A model generated the notes under the pieces. That model ran no database searches, was not told where the DNA came from, and saw only the letters and a program-made list of their open reading frames with translations. A DNA stretch of 64,000 bases from positions 237,712-301,711 of the forward strand of contig CAVWXH010000009.1 in assembly GCA_963758915.1 (NCBI GenBank), written 5' to 3'. Of the stretch, positions 29,205 through 39,662 are shown piece after piece. The position numbers and the translations under genes are program-made. The first letter of the stretch is position 1; every line of letters begins with the position of its first letter. Source of the stretch: an uncultured Methanomicrobiales archaeon. Lineage in GTDB: Archaea > Halobacteriota > Methanomicrobia > Methanomicrobiales > Methanospirillaceae.

Positions 29205-30283
29205 TAGAAATCTCCGGACTTTGCAGGAAGGTTGGGGACCGGGTACTGGTAAAGAATATCAATGTCACTATCCCTGATGGGATGATATTCGGGATCATCG
29301 GGCCGAGCGGGTCCGGGAAGACCACGCTGATGAGGATGATCGACCTCCTGGACAATCCTACCAGGGGCACCATCGAAATCAACGGTACCCGGGCAACAAA
29401 GGATAAGAAACAACAGCTTGAACTCCGGCGGAAAATGGGGATGGTCTTCCAGAAACCGATAGTCCTCTCTACCACAGTATTTGAGAATGTTTCGTACGGG
29501 CTCCGGTTCCGGGGCGTAAAAGGGGATGAGCTGAAGTCAAGGGTATTGGAAGCGATTGACCTTGTCGGGTTGTCCGGTTACGAGGACCGTTATGCCCCCA
29601 CACTCTCCGGCGGGGAGATGCAACGGGTCGCAATTGCACGGTCAATGGTAACCCGCCCGGAGGTGCTCCTCCTTGACGAACCGACTGCAAATCTAGACCC
29701 GGCATCGACCGAAAAGATCGAGGAACTTATCAGGGCAATCAATTCCCGGTTTGGGACCACGATCATCATCTCGACCCATGACCTTGACCAGGGCCAGCAT
29801 ATTGCCCACCGGATTGCTGTGGTAATCGGTGGCAGGATCAGCCAGGCAGGGACCCCGGAAGAGGTCTTTCACAAGCCGGTAAACAGCGAGATCGCCCGGT
29901 TTGTGGGGCTTGAAAATATTATCGGGGGGACAGTAACAAAATCAGAAGAGGACCTGGTAACAATTTCCACGTATGGAAAAGAAGTCGAGGCGATCTCGAA
30001 TGACGAAGTTGGAAGCCAGGTGTTTTTCAGCATACATCCCGATGATATCACACTTCACAGCGGAGTTGATTTTGAGAAGAATACGACCAGCGCAAGGAAC
30101 TGTATTGTTGGAACCGTCACAGTTACCACGCTGAGCGGGCCTTTTGTCCTTGTTACCCTGGACTGCGGATTCCCGCTGAAGGTCATCGTTACCAGGAGAT
30201 CGGTAGAAGACCTGGGGATTCAGCCCGGGAAGGAGATGCAGGCCTGTTTCAAGGCATCAGTCGTGCATGTAATGAAGAGGTAA
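29201..30283 (+). CDS. tupC: Tungstate ABC transporter ATP-binding subunit with TOBE domain
   Basis: GPSGSGKT, VFQKP, LSGGEMQR, DEPTANLD, TSARN...FKASVVH. Overlaps tupB. Confidence 0.88.
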   Translation: MIEISGLCRKVGDRVLVKNINVTIPDGMIFGIIGPSGSGKTTLMRMIDLLDNPTRGTIEINGTRATKDKKQQLELRRKMGMVFQKPIVLSTTVFENVSYGLRFRGVKGDELKSRVLEAIDLVGLSGYEDRYAPTLSGGEMQRVAIARSMVTRPEVLLLDEPTANLDPASTEKIEELIRAINSRFGTTIIISTHDLDQGQHIAHRIAVVIGGRISQAGTPEEVFHKPVNSEIARFVGLENIIGGTVTKSEEDLVTISTYGKEVEAISNDEVGSQVFFSIHPDDITLHSGVDFEKNTTSARNCIVGTVTVTTLSGPFVLVTLDCGFPLKVIVTRRSVEDLGIQPGKEMQACFKASVVHVMKR

Positions 30284-30413
30284 TGCAGACCACTCTGTGG
30301 AAACTCTCCGTAATAAAAAATAAATCAGTGTTATAGAGACACGAAGTGGATTTCACCCCATTCCAGTTCCAATCATATCCTATTAATGGGGCTGGCAACG
30401 AAGATTATCCAGT

Positions 30414-31202
30414 ATGCGGTGTATCACTCTCGCGAGCGGCAGCAAGGGTAATTGTACGTACATCGAAGGTGAGAGCGGCGCCATCCTCATCGATGCAGGG
30501 CTGTCAATCAAAGAGACGCTCCGGAGGCTCACGGAAGCCGGTGGGAGCCAGGATATGATCAGGGCAATCCTCGTCACCCACGAACATGGTGACCATATGA
30601 AGGGGCTTGCACCGCTTGCAAGGAGACTGGATGTCCCGGTGTATGCTACTGAAGGTACGCTCTATTCGTTCCTGACGAGAAAAATCCCGGAGAGAAAACC
30701 GGTGCATTATACCACGCTCCGTTATCATGAACCGTTTACCCTGGATGAATTTACCGTCGAGGCATTCCCGACATCCCATGATGCACGGGAGCCGTGCGGT
30801 TTCCTGGTCGCTTCCGGCGATACAAGGCTCGGGTACTGCACCGATACCGGGATCGTTACCGAACGGATGATGGTATACCTGAAACGGTCGGATGCGATCG
30901 TTCTCGAGAGCAACCACTGCCCTGAAATGCTCCGCACCGGTCCCTACCCGGAAATGCTGAAACGGAGGATCCGGTCGAAAAACGGCCACCTTTCGAATAC
31001 CCAGGCATCAGAATGTATCAGGACACTTGGCCAGGACGTAACACATATCCGGCTTGCCCATTTAAGCGAGGTAAATAATACACCGGATATTGCCTTAAAA
31101 AACGGGCAAACGGGCCTCGGATTATTCATCAGCGATACCAGGCTCACCGTGGCATCAGAGGTAGGGCCTTCCCCCTGCTGGTCAGATGAAATTAAGCTCT
31201 GA
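30414..31202 (+). CDS. MBL-fold metallo-hydrolase (YycJ/WalJ-like)
   Basis: LASGSKGN, THEHGDH, SHDA, TDTG, LESNH, GHLSN, LAHLSE.NN. Confidence 0.9.
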   Translation: MRCITLASGSKGNCTYIEGESGAILIDAGLSIKETLRRLTEAGGSQDMIRAILVTHEHGDHMKGLAPLARRLDVPVYATEGTLYSFLTRKIPERKPVHYTTLRYHEPFTLDEFTVEAFPTSHDAREPCGFLVASGDTRLGYCTDTGIVTERMMVYLKRSDAIVLESNHCPEMLRTGPYPEMLKRRIRSKNGHLSNTQASECIRTLGQDVTHIRLAHLSEVNNTPDIALKNGQTGLGLFISDTRLTVASEVGPSPCWSDEIKL

Positions 31203-31254
31203 TGACCTATACCGGAAGCACTGGCAAAAGAACACGCTGATTATACAGGAATTT

Positions 31255-32451
31255 TCAGTCCGTCTTCATCTTCAGAATTTTCATGCAGTAGAGGTCAAGA
31301 GAATCAAGGAGAGCTTTTTTTGCCGCCTTTGCACGTTTTTCCTCGCCTGAAAAGGCATCTTCCGTGGCATATTCTATCAGGACAAGGTAATGACTTTTCG
31401 GAAGGGCCCGGTTCCTGATCTCCTCAAGGCAGGCATAGGCCTCGGTCTTTTTTCCGGCCACGAGTTCGAATTCAAAATCAAGAAGAGCGAGGACGTTAGA
31501 GGGCATCTTTTTTCCGGCAGCGATCTTCCGGAAACTGCTGTATGCGGAGGTCTGTGATGAGATTATCGAGAGCTGCATCCCATAATAGACGGGTTCCAGT
31601 TCATCCGGGTGCTGCTGCATCATCTGCCTGACTACGGCCGTGGCCCCGCTTGCATCACGGATCTCAATTTTATAGTGGTAGAGGTCCCGGAGGAAGAACA
31701 TATCACTGAAGTACCGTTCTGACGCAATTTTCAGGAGTTCCCCCCTCATATCCCTGTTACCATCTTTCCTGGCCTTTTCAAGGCCGATTTTCAGGAACTC
31801 CACTTCAGTGGGGAACCAGTCTACTGAAAGCCGGAGCATGTACCAGAAAATTTTGTTGATCTTCAACTCCTGGAGTACATGAGGAAATTTCAGCCGGTTC
31901 ACCGGGGGACGAAGGCGTACAAGCTCAATCATCTGTTCCCTTGCTGCCAGCGCTTTTTCACTCGGCCTCCGGTTGTGGGCAGGCACTCCGTTTTCTTTTA
32001 GGTGCTCTTCTGAAAGGGCATAATAACAATAGGAGATCGCAGTACAGATGATCGCATCGGTGGTCCGGTATTTGGTAAGGACCTCGGCAGCCTGGTTATA
32101 TTTCCCGAGGTCTATTAGTTTGAAACCAAGGATGACATCAAAAATCATCTTCCCTGTCTGCCGTTTCCTCATCCGGACTGCATGGGAAAAAAGGCGTTCA
32201 ACATACTCGATATCCCCGGAGCGCTTGCTCACTTCCAGCACTTTCATCGTTACATCATCGATCAGGCGGTCATGTGCCTCATCGCTGATACCCCGAAAGG
32301 AGTTCTCTATGATGGACATGACATGCCCGTAAAAAACCGGGAGGTTGGTATCTATCTTATCAGCATTCTTCTCGACGTATTCCGATAATTCTTTCCTTAC
32401 CTGGGCAATTCTGATGTCGAGAACCGCATCAGGCTGCCACTCTTCTTCCAT
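31255..32451 (-). CDS. Hypothetical all-helical (TPR-like) protein
   Basis: Long uninterrupted ORF, helical composition, likely start MEEEWQ. Confidence 0.7.
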   Translation of the reverse strand: MEEEWQPDAVLDIRIAQVRKELSEYVEKNADKIDTNLPVFYGHVMSIIENSFRGISDEAHDRLIDDVTMKVLEVSKRSGDIEYVERLFSHAVRMRKRQTGKMIFDVILGFKLIDLGKYNQAAEVLTKYRTTDAIICTAISYCYYALSEEHLKENGVPAHNRRPSEKALAAREQMIELVRLRPPVNRLKFPHVLQELKINKIFWYMLRLSVDWFPTEVEFLKIGLEKARKDGNRDMRGELLKIASERYFSDMFFLRDLYHYKIEIRDASGATAVVRQMMQQHPDELEPVYYGMQLSIISSQTSAYSSFRKIAAGKKMPSNVLALLDFEFELVAGKKTEAYACLEEIRNRALPKSHYLVLIEYATEDAFSGEEKRAKAAKKALLDSLDLYCMKILKMKTD

Positions 32452-32606
32452 AGGGTACCTTTGACTTTTCAGACTATAATAATTTTTAGAAGATGGCCGG
32501 GATTTAGCAAACAGGCAGAGATTCCACCATATTATTTTCTCCGTGACCTGGTGGGAACTCTTATCCGGGACAAGCGACAATTATTTGTCAGACTAAAGGT
32601 ATTTCA

Positions 32607-34241
32607 ATGCTCTTCCGGGAATTTTCCGCCATTTGTGAACAACTTGAGGCAATTTCAGGCCGTCTCGAGATGATCGACCTCGTAAGCCGGCGGCTCCCGT
32701 CTCTTTCCGACGAGGAACTGCCGGTCTTCGTGCGGTTCATCATGGGCCGCATATTCCCGGACTGGAGCCCGCTGAAACTTGGGATTGGCCCGAACCTCCT
32801 CTATGAAGGGGTTGCATACGTCGTTGGGACAAAGAAGGAATCGGTCATTGAGACCATCAACAGGACAGGCGAAGTAGGAAAGGCCGTTGAATTCCTCCTT
32901 GCGGGGAAAGAGCAGACTTCCTTTTTTTCCGAAGAACTCGACCTTGTCATGGTATACCATGAGTTCGAAAAGATCGCGGATACCGGGGGTAAGAAATCAC
33001 AACGGGAAAAACTGCTGGGCGTCCGGAAGCTCCTTGCAAATGCCACGCCCCTTGAAGGGCGTTACCTCGCCAGGATCATGCTGGAAGACCTGCGGATCGG
33101 CATAGGGGAGGGAAATATCAGGGAGGCTGTTGCCAGGGCATTCGGGATTGATCCCGCCATTGTTGAACATGCCGTGCAGGCCTTAAACGACCTCGGGTAT
33201 GTTGCACAACTTGCAAAAGCCGGTGAGTCCGCCCTCAGGGACGTCCACATATCCCCCTTCCGCCCGGTAAAGATGATGCTCGCCCAGCAGGGGTCAATCG
33301 TATCAGCAATCGGGGAAAACGGGACAATCGCTGCCGAATACAAATATGACGGGAGCAGGTTCCAGTTTCATCGGCAGGGCGGGCTTTCACGCCTGTATTC
33401 CCGGAAACTTGAGGACGTGACAAATGCCCTCCCGGATGTAATTGCCATCCTCAACGGGTCAACGACCCATGATATCATCCTCGACGGGGAGGTAATTGCG
33501 ATTAAGGAGGGAAAACCTCTCCCTTTCCAGGCAGTCCTCCGCAGGTTCCGCAGGAAACACGGGATTTCTGAAATGCAGGAGGAGGTAAACCTGGTCCCGA
33601 ATATATTCGATATCCTCTACCTCGACGGGGAGACCCTGATCGACCTCCCGTTATCAGAAAGGAGGAAGCGCCTTGAAATGGCTGTCAGCAACCATGTCGC
33701 ACCGCAGCTCGTAAGCGATGACCCGGCGGTTGTTGAAGAGTTCTACCATGCTTCCCTTGGTGCGGGTCACGAGGGGATTATGATCAAGGCACCGGGATCT
33801 CCCTATACACCCGGGATGAGGGGGAAAAACTGGCTGAAAGTCAAGCCGGAAGTGGACACCCTGGACCTTGCCGTTGTCGGTGCCGAATGGGGGGAGGGAA
33901 AACGGGCCCATTATTTTGGTTCCTTTCTCCTTGCATGCCAGGAGAATGGTGAGCTCATCACCCTCTCAAAAGTAGCTACCGGGTTTTCTGACGAGCAGCT
34001 TGCAGAGGTATATGACCTCCTCCATGACCGGATCATCTCGCAGGCGGGAAAAGAGGTGCGTTTTGAACCTGAACTTGTCTTCGAGGTCGGTTACGCGGAA
34101 CTACAGGTAAGCCCGAACTACCCGGCAGGATTTGCATTGCGTTTCCCCCGGTTCGTCCGGATCAGGGACGACAAGGACACAACCGAGATTGAAACACTCG
34201 GCAGCATAAGGGAACGGTACCAGCGGCAGCCAAATAGTTAG
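32607..34241 (+). CDS. lig: ATP-dependent DNA ligase
   Basis: [41 protein letters not shown]. Confidence 0.97.
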   Translation: MLFREFSAICEQLEAISGRLEMIDLVSRRLPSLSDEELPVFVRFIMGRIFPDWSPLKLGIGPNLLYEGVAYVVGTKKESVIETINRTGEVGKAVEFLLAGKEQTSFFSEELDLVMVYHEFEKIADTGGKKSQREKLLGVRKLLANATPLEGRYLARIMLEDLRIGIGEGNIREAVARAFGIDPAIVEHAVQALNDLGYVAQLAKAGESALRDVHISPFRPVKMMLAQQGSIVSAIGENGTIAAEYKYDGSRFQFHRQGGLSRLYSRKLEDVTNALPDVIAILNGSTTHDIILDGEVIAIKEGKPLPFQAVLRRFRRKHGISEMQEEVNLVPNIFDILYLDGETLIDLPLSERRKRLEMAVSNHVAPQLVSDDPAVVEEFYHASLGAGHEGIMIKAPGSPYTPGMRGKNWLKVKPEVDTLDLAVVGAEWGEGKRAHYFGSFLLACQENGELITLSKVATGFSDEQLAEVYDLLHDRIISQAGKEVRFEPELVFEVGYAELQVSPNYPAGFALRFPRFVRIRDDKDTTEIETLGSIRERYQRQPNS

Positions 34242-34247
34242 GGGAAC

Positions 34248-34507
34248 GGCTTTGTTGAAACCCTCTCAAATCGATCTTGCGGATTCCGGTTATTCGAATA
34301 GTTAGTCACGTTCCCGGGGCTCGTGGCCCGCCGCTGTGGCGACCCTGGTTGGAATAGAGACTATTCCCCAATACTCTGAATTTAATGAGCCTTCGATAAA
34401 CCCTGCCCGAAGAATATCTTAATGGGGGTGGGGCAGGGAGGGGGTGAAACCCCCTCCTGTCAACGTATTCCCTCTTTTTTTAACTATGCAGGGTTTTTAA
34501 CAAAGCC
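34248..34507. mobile_element. MITE-like element with terminal inverted repeats (copy 1)
   Basis: Left GGCTTTGTTGAAACCCT and right AGGGTTTTTAACAAAGCC. No ORF, internal GC hairpins. Colinear similarity to 55982..56238. Confidence 0.7.
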
Positions 34508-34566
34508 AAAAGAACGTTTTTAATATCTGGCAGGGCACGGAACTTCCGTGGGTAAAGAACCTCTTT

Positions 34567-35715
34567 TCAGGTCCCAAAATCAAACAGTGTCCTCTGGTTA
34601 CGTATTTCGGGAAGGAGCGTGCTGTAACCTTCCCAGCCGGGGAACCCCGATGCAATACCAGCCTTCATTACCGCCTCACCAACGGTCTCACAGGGGATGC
34701 CTGGCTGCTTCATGGCTCCCCTCGTTGCCTCCCTGATCACCCAGGTCCCAAGTGGAGCCCAGTACTCAGCTGAAACACTCCTGATTACGATAACTCTCGC
34801 ACACTGCCTGGTTGCTTCCAGGTATTCGGCTACGGCGAGCCTTGCAGAATAATAGGCACCGCTTATCGGGGAATACCCCCTCTTCTTCAGTCCCTCACGG
34901 TCAACCGTGATACTGTCCGACTCCCCTGACCAGAGGCTCTGTCGTTCCCACCGTTCAATCATCTCGTAACGCCAGTCACCCGGCAGTAACATCACGACGA
35001 TCCGGTTGGCATAGAGGTGATTCGAGAACACCCGGATTTGATCAACCGGCGTGTAACGCACAATTTTTTGTTTCAGGGAAGACGAGACAGCGTCATCAAC
35101 AGCCGTAATCGACCACCGTGTCGGAACGACCTTCCGTCGCCTGCCAATTAGTCCGCCGGACATCAGGTGGCTGATCTGGTACACATCAATACCGGACCGG
35201 TGGAGCTCGGAGCAGGCACCCATCGCACCCAGGTCGGTATCCGATGTGACCCGGTCAACGGAAGGGTCGACTTTCGGGTTATCGATCACCTTCATCTTCT
35301 CAAGACTGCCGGACAGCCCGACAGGGGTAACCGTGCCGTCAAACGTCAGGTCAAAGGAAACCGGACGGGTGAACCTGACTTCAACATCAAGCGGGACACT
35401 GGAAATCGCCAGTTCCTGGAGAGCCGGAAGGTATGAGGCAACAGGGGATATTCCCCTGATTGTCCGGGCCCTGATATCCACGATATCATCAATCCCCAGC
35501 CCTGACGCGACCCATGAAGGAGGGTCGTCCGCATCGTTAATCATGAGAGGTCCCCCGGTAACCCTCGGGTACCCGCACGAACCGATAAAAAGTGAAGGGG
35601 AAGCCCCCATGAACTCCTGCCTGGGAACAGTCCTGGCCTGGGCATGGAACCGTTTCATCACCGGACATTGGGGGAGTCCGCACATTCCCTTTCCTTTACA
35701 GGTCGCGCACATCAT
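34567..35715 (-). CDS. nreA: Nre-family DNA repair protein
   Basis: CxxCKGKGMCG...CP, VPTRWSITAVD, GAYYSARLAV.E, PLGTWVIRE, C-terminal PIP box QRTLFDF. Confidence 0.9.
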   Translation of the reverse strand: MMCATCKGKGMCGLPQCPVMKRFHAQARTVPRQEFMGASPSLFIGSCGYPRVTGGPLMINDADDPPSWVASGLGIDDIVDIRARTIRGISPVASYLPALQELAISSVPLDVEVRFTRPVSFDLTFDGTVTPVGLSGSLEKMKVIDNPKVDPSVDRVTSDTDLGAMGACSELHRSGIDVYQISHLMSGGLIGRRRKVVPTRWSITAVDDAVSSSLKQKIVRYTPVDQIRVFSNHLYANRIVVMLLPGDWRYEMIERWERQSLWSGESDSITVDREGLKKRGYSPISGAYYSARLAVAEYLEATRQCARVIVIRSVSAEYWAPLGTWVIREATRGAMKQPGIPCETVGEAVMKAGIASGFPGWEGYSTLLPEIRNQRTLFDFGT

Positions 35716-36761
35716 AGGGGGTATTCCTCAGGGTAGATAACACACCCCCGCTCTCCAATAGCAGATATTTGCTCATTGACCCATGTATCCCATTCTACAG
35801 GTCCGTTTGGTATATTTTTGGCAATTTCATGCCCAAGATCATCATCCCGCCCGGACTTCACCAGGACCACGACTGAACCAGGCGCATACTTCGGTGCTAT
35901 TACCCCGTCTGCATCACCATCGACAATACCAAACACCGGGACACCCCGGTGCGCACAGATATGCCCGCAGACCGAGGTGGTGTCGTCACCAATGGCGAGC
36001 ACTCCCGCGACATCGTCACCGAGCTGTTGATACAGTCCATGACCGCAATGGTCTATTCCAATCACGCGACCTTTCGCCACGCCTCCTTTTATCTCAAACC
36101 CGCTGCCCGGATTCCGGCGCCTGACAACCCCGCTCTTACACCATGCCCTGGCAGGTGACACCGGCCCGAGACGGGCAAGTTTCTCAAATCCATGGGGTTT
36201 TGGGCGCAACCCTGATACGGGTTCGATCACTCCTTCCCTCCCCCGGATTACAACAGTAGCAGCGGTGGCGGTTCCGATTACAAGCCCGTTCACAAAGACC
36301 GGTTCCCCGGGGATGCACCCGCGAATTTCCCTCATACCTTCCACTTCCACGTCCGGAAGGGCACTACACTCTTCAACCGGAAAACCGGTTGCACGGGATA
36401 AAAAAAACACAAGATCCGGGTCTGCGTCGTTCCAGGCATAGATCGTCCGGTCACTACACTCAAGATGGACAAGTCCCGCCGGAAGCAGTCTCCCGGCAAT
36501 AATCCGGCCAAAAATTCTTCCCGATTCCCCGGTCTTGCCACAGTTTGCGAGAAATGCAGGGTTTGCCAGGTCACGGAGGACATATGAAGGCGGCTGCCCG
36601 GCGAACTCAAGGGGGAGACCGGATTCCTCGGCGGCGGTGCGGGCCATGATCCCGGAAACAATCGTCCTTCCAGGCCGGATATTCTCTATCAGCCACCGGA
36701 CGAAGCCGAGGTCAAAGATATCGGGGCCGTGGACGACCATTACAGGGGGATTTTTCAGCAC
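35712..36761 (-). CDS. DUF2117-family methanogen protein
   Basis: VHGPDIFD.G, N.GKT.ESG..FG, PGEPVFVNG, IGDDTT, GIVDGDAD, DD..G. Confidence 0.75.
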   Translation of the reverse strand: MLKNPPVMVVHGPDIFDLGFVRWLIENIRPGRTIVSGIMARTAAEESGLPLEFAGQPPSYVLRDLANPAFLANCGKTGESGRIFGRIIAGRLLPAGLVHLECSDRTIYAWNDADPDLVFFLSRATGFPVEECSALPDVEVEGMREIRGCIPGEPVFVNGLVIGTATAATVVIRGREGVIEPVSGLRPKPHGFEKLARLGPVSPARAWCKSGVVRRRNPGSGFEIKGGVAKGRVIGIDHCGHGLYQQLGDDVAGVLAIGDDTTSVCGHICAHRGVPVFGIVDGDADGVIAPKYAPGSVVVLVKSGRDDDLGHEIAKNIPNGPVEWDTWVNEQISAIGERGCVIYPEEYPL

Positions 36762-36926
36762 CGCGGTTCACCAACAGCGATCATTGTACAGGTATCTGTT
36801 GCCGTGTATCTTTACCCTCCCGGATCACCCAAGCCAGGTCAGTGGGAAGTAATACCCCCAGCAACAAAAGCAATAATCACATGCAGGTCAACCTATACTA
36901 GTAATTTATTGCCTGTTTGCGAGACT

Positions 36927-38159
36927 ATGATGACAGAATGGAACGATCGAAGGGTACTGATTACCGGTGCGGGGGGGTTTGCGGGTCCGTACCTCGCCCG
37001 CTACCTTCTCGACCAGGGTGCCCTTGTCCATGGTCTGGTGAGAAAACCCATTAAAGAGGACCTCCGCCAGAATACAGCAGGGTCGCGGGCTGCATCAGGG
37101 ATGATACAGGTCATTGGGGATCTTGATAGTCCTGCGAGTCTGGAAGATGCGATTGAAGCAGCGGACCCGGAAATTGTCTTTCACCTTGCTGCACAATCAT
37201 CTGTAGCGAAGTCATTTACCGATCCGCTTGGGACGATGCAGACTAATTGTATCGGGACTAATAACCTCCTTGAAGCGGTAAGGAACGGGGAATGCGACCC
37301 GGTCGTGGTATTCGCAGGCTCTTCTGATGAATATGGGCTGGTGGTGAGTTCCCCGCAACAATATGAGCAACTGAAGAAGCACTATGGAATAATCTTCCCG
37401 GAACCAATAATTCCTGAAGTACCAATCTCTGAAACAAACCCGCTCAGGCCAATGTCCCCCTACGCGGTAAGCAAGGTCTTCGGGGACCACCTGACAAGGA
37501 ACTATTTTCACAGTTATGGGGTAAAAACGGTTGTTTCACGTACATTCAACCACGAAGGTGCAGGGCGCGGGGTTATGTTTGTGACCGCAGTTATCGCGCG
37601 ACAGGTAGCACAGCTGGTTGCAGGTGAAACCGGTTCCCTCTCGATTGGCAATGTCAACGCGTTCCGGGACTGGTCCCATATCGACGACGTGATCAGGGGT
37701 TACTGTATTCTTGCCACAAAGGGAGTCCATGGTGATGTATATAACCTCGGTACAATGCGGACCACCTCGGTATTGTCGTACCTTCTCATGACTCTCGAGA
37801 CTGCAGGATATCCGGTGCAGCAGGTGGAAGCATCTAATGGCGGAAAGGTCATTAAAGACCCGACGGCAACCGATACCACAGCCATGTTTGGTATCACGTT
37901 CCACAAGACAAAACTTGACAGGATGCTCCTTACCGGGGAGGTGGAATACCTGTTTGAAGATGGTGGGATCACAATCCGGACAGCGCAGGGGACCATTCCG
38001 GTTGTTTTCGATCCGGCGAAGTTCCGGCCTGCAGAGGTACCGATCCTGCTCGCGGATACCCGGAAAATTAAAAAAATAGGGTTCCGGGTGTCATGCAGCG
38101 TCGAAGATATTATCCGTGACCAGCTCGCATTTTTTTCAGACCCTGTCCACGGCGGATAA
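36927..38159 (+). CDS. gmd: GDP-mannose 4,6-dehydratase
   Basis: TGAGGFAG, HLAAQSSV..SF, SPYAVSK, FNHEG..RG..FVT, RDW, RPAEV. Confidence 0.88.
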   Translation: MMTEWNDRRVLITGAGGFAGPYLARYLLDQGALVHGLVRKPIKEDLRQNTAGSRAASGMIQVIGDLDSPASLEDAIEAADPEIVFHLAAQSSVAKSFTDPLGTMQTNCIGTNNLLEAVRNGECDPVVVFAGSSDEYGLVVSSPQQYEQLKKHYGIIFPEPIIPEVPISETNPLRPMSPYAVSKVFGDHLTRNYFHSYGVKTVVSRTFNHEGAGRGVMFVTAVIARQVAQLVAGETGSLSIGNVNAFRDWSHIDDVIRGYCILATKGVHGDVYNLGTMRTTSVLSYLLMTLETAGYPVQQVEASNGGKVIKDPTATDTTAMFGITFHKTKLDRMLLTGEVEYLFEDGGITIRTAQGTIPVVFDPAKFRPAEVPILLADTRKIKKIGFRVSCSVEDIIRDQLAFFSDPVHGG

Positions 38160-38161
38160 CG

Positions 38162-39517
38162 TCATGACCGCATGTAGCGGTCATTGAAACGGATGATATC
38201 GTCTTCCTCAAGGTACTCACCGATCTGGACTTCGATCACCTCGAGGGGGATCTTCCCTGAATTACCTAACCGGTGTTTCGTTCCTTCAGGGACATACGTG
38301 CTCTCCCCACGTTTGAACTGGTATTCCTTCCCATCAAGGTGGACATCAGCCATCCCGCTCACGACAATCCAGTGCTCGCTCCGGTGGAGATGTTTCTGGA
38401 GGGATAGTTGTTCACCGGGCTTCACGGTAAGCCGTTTGATCCGGAAAAACTGAGACCGTTCAAGCTCGATATATGAACCCCATGGCCGTTGTACCTGCAG
38501 GGGATAATCGACCACCGGGTCACCTTTATCCTTGAGACGCCTGACCATCTCATTGACCCTGCCACTCTGAACCGTGTCCGCAACGAGCAGGGCATCCCCC
38601 GTATCCACTACCACGAGGTCCTTCACCCCGATAAGTGCAACTTTCCTTCCCGGTGCAGAGACAAAATTGCCGGTTGCATCAAGGTATTCAGCTTCACCGG
38701 TATTTCCGGCGGAATCATGATCGCGGTACTCGTACCATGCCTGGAACGTGCCCAAGTCCGTCCATGGAGCCTTAAGTGGTACTACCGCAACCTGGCCGGA
38801 TTTTTCAAGAAGGCCGTAATCAATTGACAGCGATGGAAGTTCCTGGTAATCAGGGATACTATTTTCAAATGCCTTTAGAAATTCCGGCTGATACCGCGCA
38901 AGCTCCAGAAAAAACATTTTCGTCGAAAAAAGGAACATCCCGCTATTCCAGAGGTACCCGGATGCCAGGTACTGTTCCGCAGTAGGCAGGTCGGGTTTTT
39001 CCTTGAACTCCAATACCCGGTAACCTGATGCAAGCGGGGTGCCCTGGGCAATATACCCGTACCCGGTATTCGGGTGTGTGGGTGGTATGCCAAAGAGGAC
39101 CAGGTAGTCGCCGGCGATGCCTGCCGCCTCTTTTATCTCATCCGTCGCAGACTCCCCGAGTTTATGGTCACTTGGAAAAATGACCACATCTGACTCGCCA
39201 AACCGCTTCCGTATCTCGGACATCGCCCAGGTAATCGCAGGAAGGGTATTTTTACCAACCGGTTCCATGAGGACCTGATATTCCGAAAGGACATACCCAA
39301 TCTCTTCGATCTGGTTCCTGACGAGGTACTGGTGGACCTCATTGGTAACGATTATAATATCGGATGGCACACACAAGCGGAGGGCACGGAGAAATGTCTC
39401 CTGGAACAGGGAATGCCCTTCAATTTTAAGGAATTGTTTTGGCTGGTACGTCCGCGAAAGAGGCCACAGCCTTGTACCGACACCTCCTGCAAGGATCACG
39501 GATTTGAGAGAACTCAT
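38162..39517 (-). CDS. manC: Mannose-1-phosphate guanylyltransferase/mannose-6-phosphate isomerase
   Basis: LAGGVGTRLWPLSR..PKQF, FKEKP, WNSGMF, C-terminal cupin RPWG...SLQKHLHRSEHW. Confidence 0.93.
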   Translation of the reverse strand: MSSLKSVILAGGVGTRLWPLSRTYQPKQFLKIEGHSLFQETFLRALRLCVPSDIIIVTNEVHQYLVRNQIEEIGYVLSEYQVLMEPVGKNTLPAITWAMSEIRKRFGESDVVIFPSDHKLGESATDEIKEAAGIAGDYLVLFGIPPTHPNTGYGYIAQGTPLASGYRVLEFKEKPDLPTAEQYLASGYLWNSGMFLFSTKMFFLELARYQPEFLKAFENSIPDYQELPSLSIDYGLLEKSGQVAVVPLKAPWTDLGTFQAWYEYRDHDSAGNTGEAEYLDATGNFVSAPGRKVALIGVKDLVVVDTGDALLVADTVQSGRVNEMVRRLKDKGDPVVDYPLQVQRPWGSYIELERSQFFRIKRLTVKPGEQLSLQKHLHRSEHWIVVSGMADVHLDGKEYQFKRGESTYVPEGTKHRLGNSGKIPLEVIEVQIGEYLEEDDIIRFNDRYMRS

Positions 39518-39662
39518 CGTTATTCATGCCAGTGTTAGAGATTATTCTCTCTTATCTGTTCCTGTCCATTTCTGCTGATGAAAAGAGACCTGAAAACAGG
39601 CACCCGGGTGATACCCCGGGTAGCGATAACTACCATGAGGGGGTTATGCACTGCCCTGGTGA

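Noticed and set aside
30291-30306. CACTCTGTGGAAACTC resembling a MITE left end
   Set aside because: No matching right end or internal similarity, and too short to support a call.
30414-35715. Novel DNA repair or defence cluster (MBL hydrolase, helical protein, ligase, NreA)
   Set aside because: The genes alternate in orientation and are mostly ordinary housekeeping families, with no operon evidence.
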